Below are positions 54,675-55,196 of a stretch of DNA of 55,196 bases, one piece after another (position 1 is the first letter of the stretch; each line of letters begins with the position of its first letter). The notes beneath the pieces are model-generated. The model was not told where the DNA came from and did not search any database. It saw only the letters and a list, made by a program, of their open reading frames with translations. The stretch is from contig JBBTVB010000006.1 in the NCBI GenBank assembly GCA_038063455.1, forward strand, positions 105,234-160,429. The letters run 5' to 3'. Made by a program: the position numbers and the translations under genes. This DNA is from Patescibacteria group bacterium (GTDB lineage: Bacteria > Patescibacteriota > Patescibacteriia > PEXW01).

Positions 54675-55196
54675 CTAGATGTCAAGGTTCTTCACCGACT
54701 TCGCGTGTGTTTGGATAAAGCGCTTACGGGGCGCCACTTCGTTACCCATGAGCATGTCGAAGGTCTGGTCCGCGGCTTCTGCGTCTTCCAACGTCACCTG
54801 GCGCATCACGCGCGTGGCCGGGTCCATGGTGGTCTCCCACAGCTGGCCTGGATTCATTTCGCCCAAACCTTTGTAGCGCTGGATGGAAATACCGCTGGGC
54901 GTGGTCTCCACCACCTCGACCCCGGCTTCTGGGATGTCTGCCGGCGCTTCAACTTTCTCTTTAGCTTTCGCGGCCGCCTTCTCAATTTTTATGGCCTCAA
55001 ATTCTTTCTTCACTTTTTCTAGCTCGGCTTCGTTGTAGACGTACTTGCTCATCTTCCCCTTCTGCACGCGGAACAGCGGCGGCTGCGCAATGTACAAGTG
55101 GCCAGTAAGCATGAGCTGCGGGAAGTAGCGGTAGAACAAAGTGAGCAGCAGCGTGCGGATGTGGCTGCCGTCGACGTCAGCGTCGGTCATGATGAT
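54675..55196 (-). CDS. gyrB: DNA gyrase subunit B, C-terminal fragment (5' end beyond the right edge)
   Basis: The frame is open to base 55196. [29 protein letters not shown]...YIAQPPLF...[18 protein letters not shown]. Confidence 0.93.
   Translation of the reverse strand: MIMTDADVDGSHIRTLLLTLFYRYFPQLMLTGHLYIAQPPLFRVQKGKMSKYVYNEAELEKVKKEFEAIKIEKAAAKAKEKVEAPADIPEAGVEVVETTPSGISIQRYKGLGEMNPGQLWETTMDPATRVMRQVTLEDAEAADQTFDMLMGNEVAPRKRFIQTHAKSVKNLDI

Overview
This 55.2-kb window is mostly housekeeping genes. By gene content it probably comes from a small-genome, CPR/Patescibacteria-like bacterium. That assignment is inference from compact tRNA synthetases, a short AtpH, tandem DUF3048 genes and a long ThyX; no marker was searched. 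I found no rRNA, tRNA, CRISPR array, transposase or integrase.

Recognisable core content:
- Complete F-type ATP synthase operon (atpZ/I-B-E-F-H-A-G-D-C).
- Orphan RND permease, rsmI, cvpA, metG, an AI-2E permease and an M16 peptidase.
- Cof-type HAD, two tandem DUF3048 genes, rplY, a SEDS protein (ftsW/rodA), dnaE, thrS, miaA and gatB.
- A dTMP-synthesis cluster: tmk, long thyX, dut, a P-loop kinase and dCMP deaminase.
- secE-nusG-rplK-[membrane gene]-rplA, plus a gyrB fragment at the right edge.

Between these GC-rich blocks sit short islets that look AT-richer by eye. Each has one or two unrecognisable secreted or membrane proteins with its own promoter, RBS or terminator.

Most notable items:
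1. A heliorhodopsin that ends a tight four-gene string containing an AAC(6')-like GNAT.
2. A 1089-aa secreted protein with about 18 dockerin-type Ca-loop segments (about 9 dockerin modules) lying between an I9-like propeptide and a C-terminal S8 subtilase.
3. A translationally coupled pair: an inverted-architecture OmpA-like protein with a putative 8-strand barrel, and a PKD-repeat lipoprotein. This is unexpected in a heliorhodopsin-bearing, apparently monoderm-type genome.
4. An internally duplicated membrane protein inserted between rplK and rplA.
5. Two small intergenic repeat families: GAGCWWGCTC hairpins, and a ~45-nt element in the rplA and secE leaders.
6. A defence-type AAA ATPase cut by the left edge.

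No complete, clearly novel multi-gene system can be demonstrated from sequence alone. The candidates are ranked in the findings.
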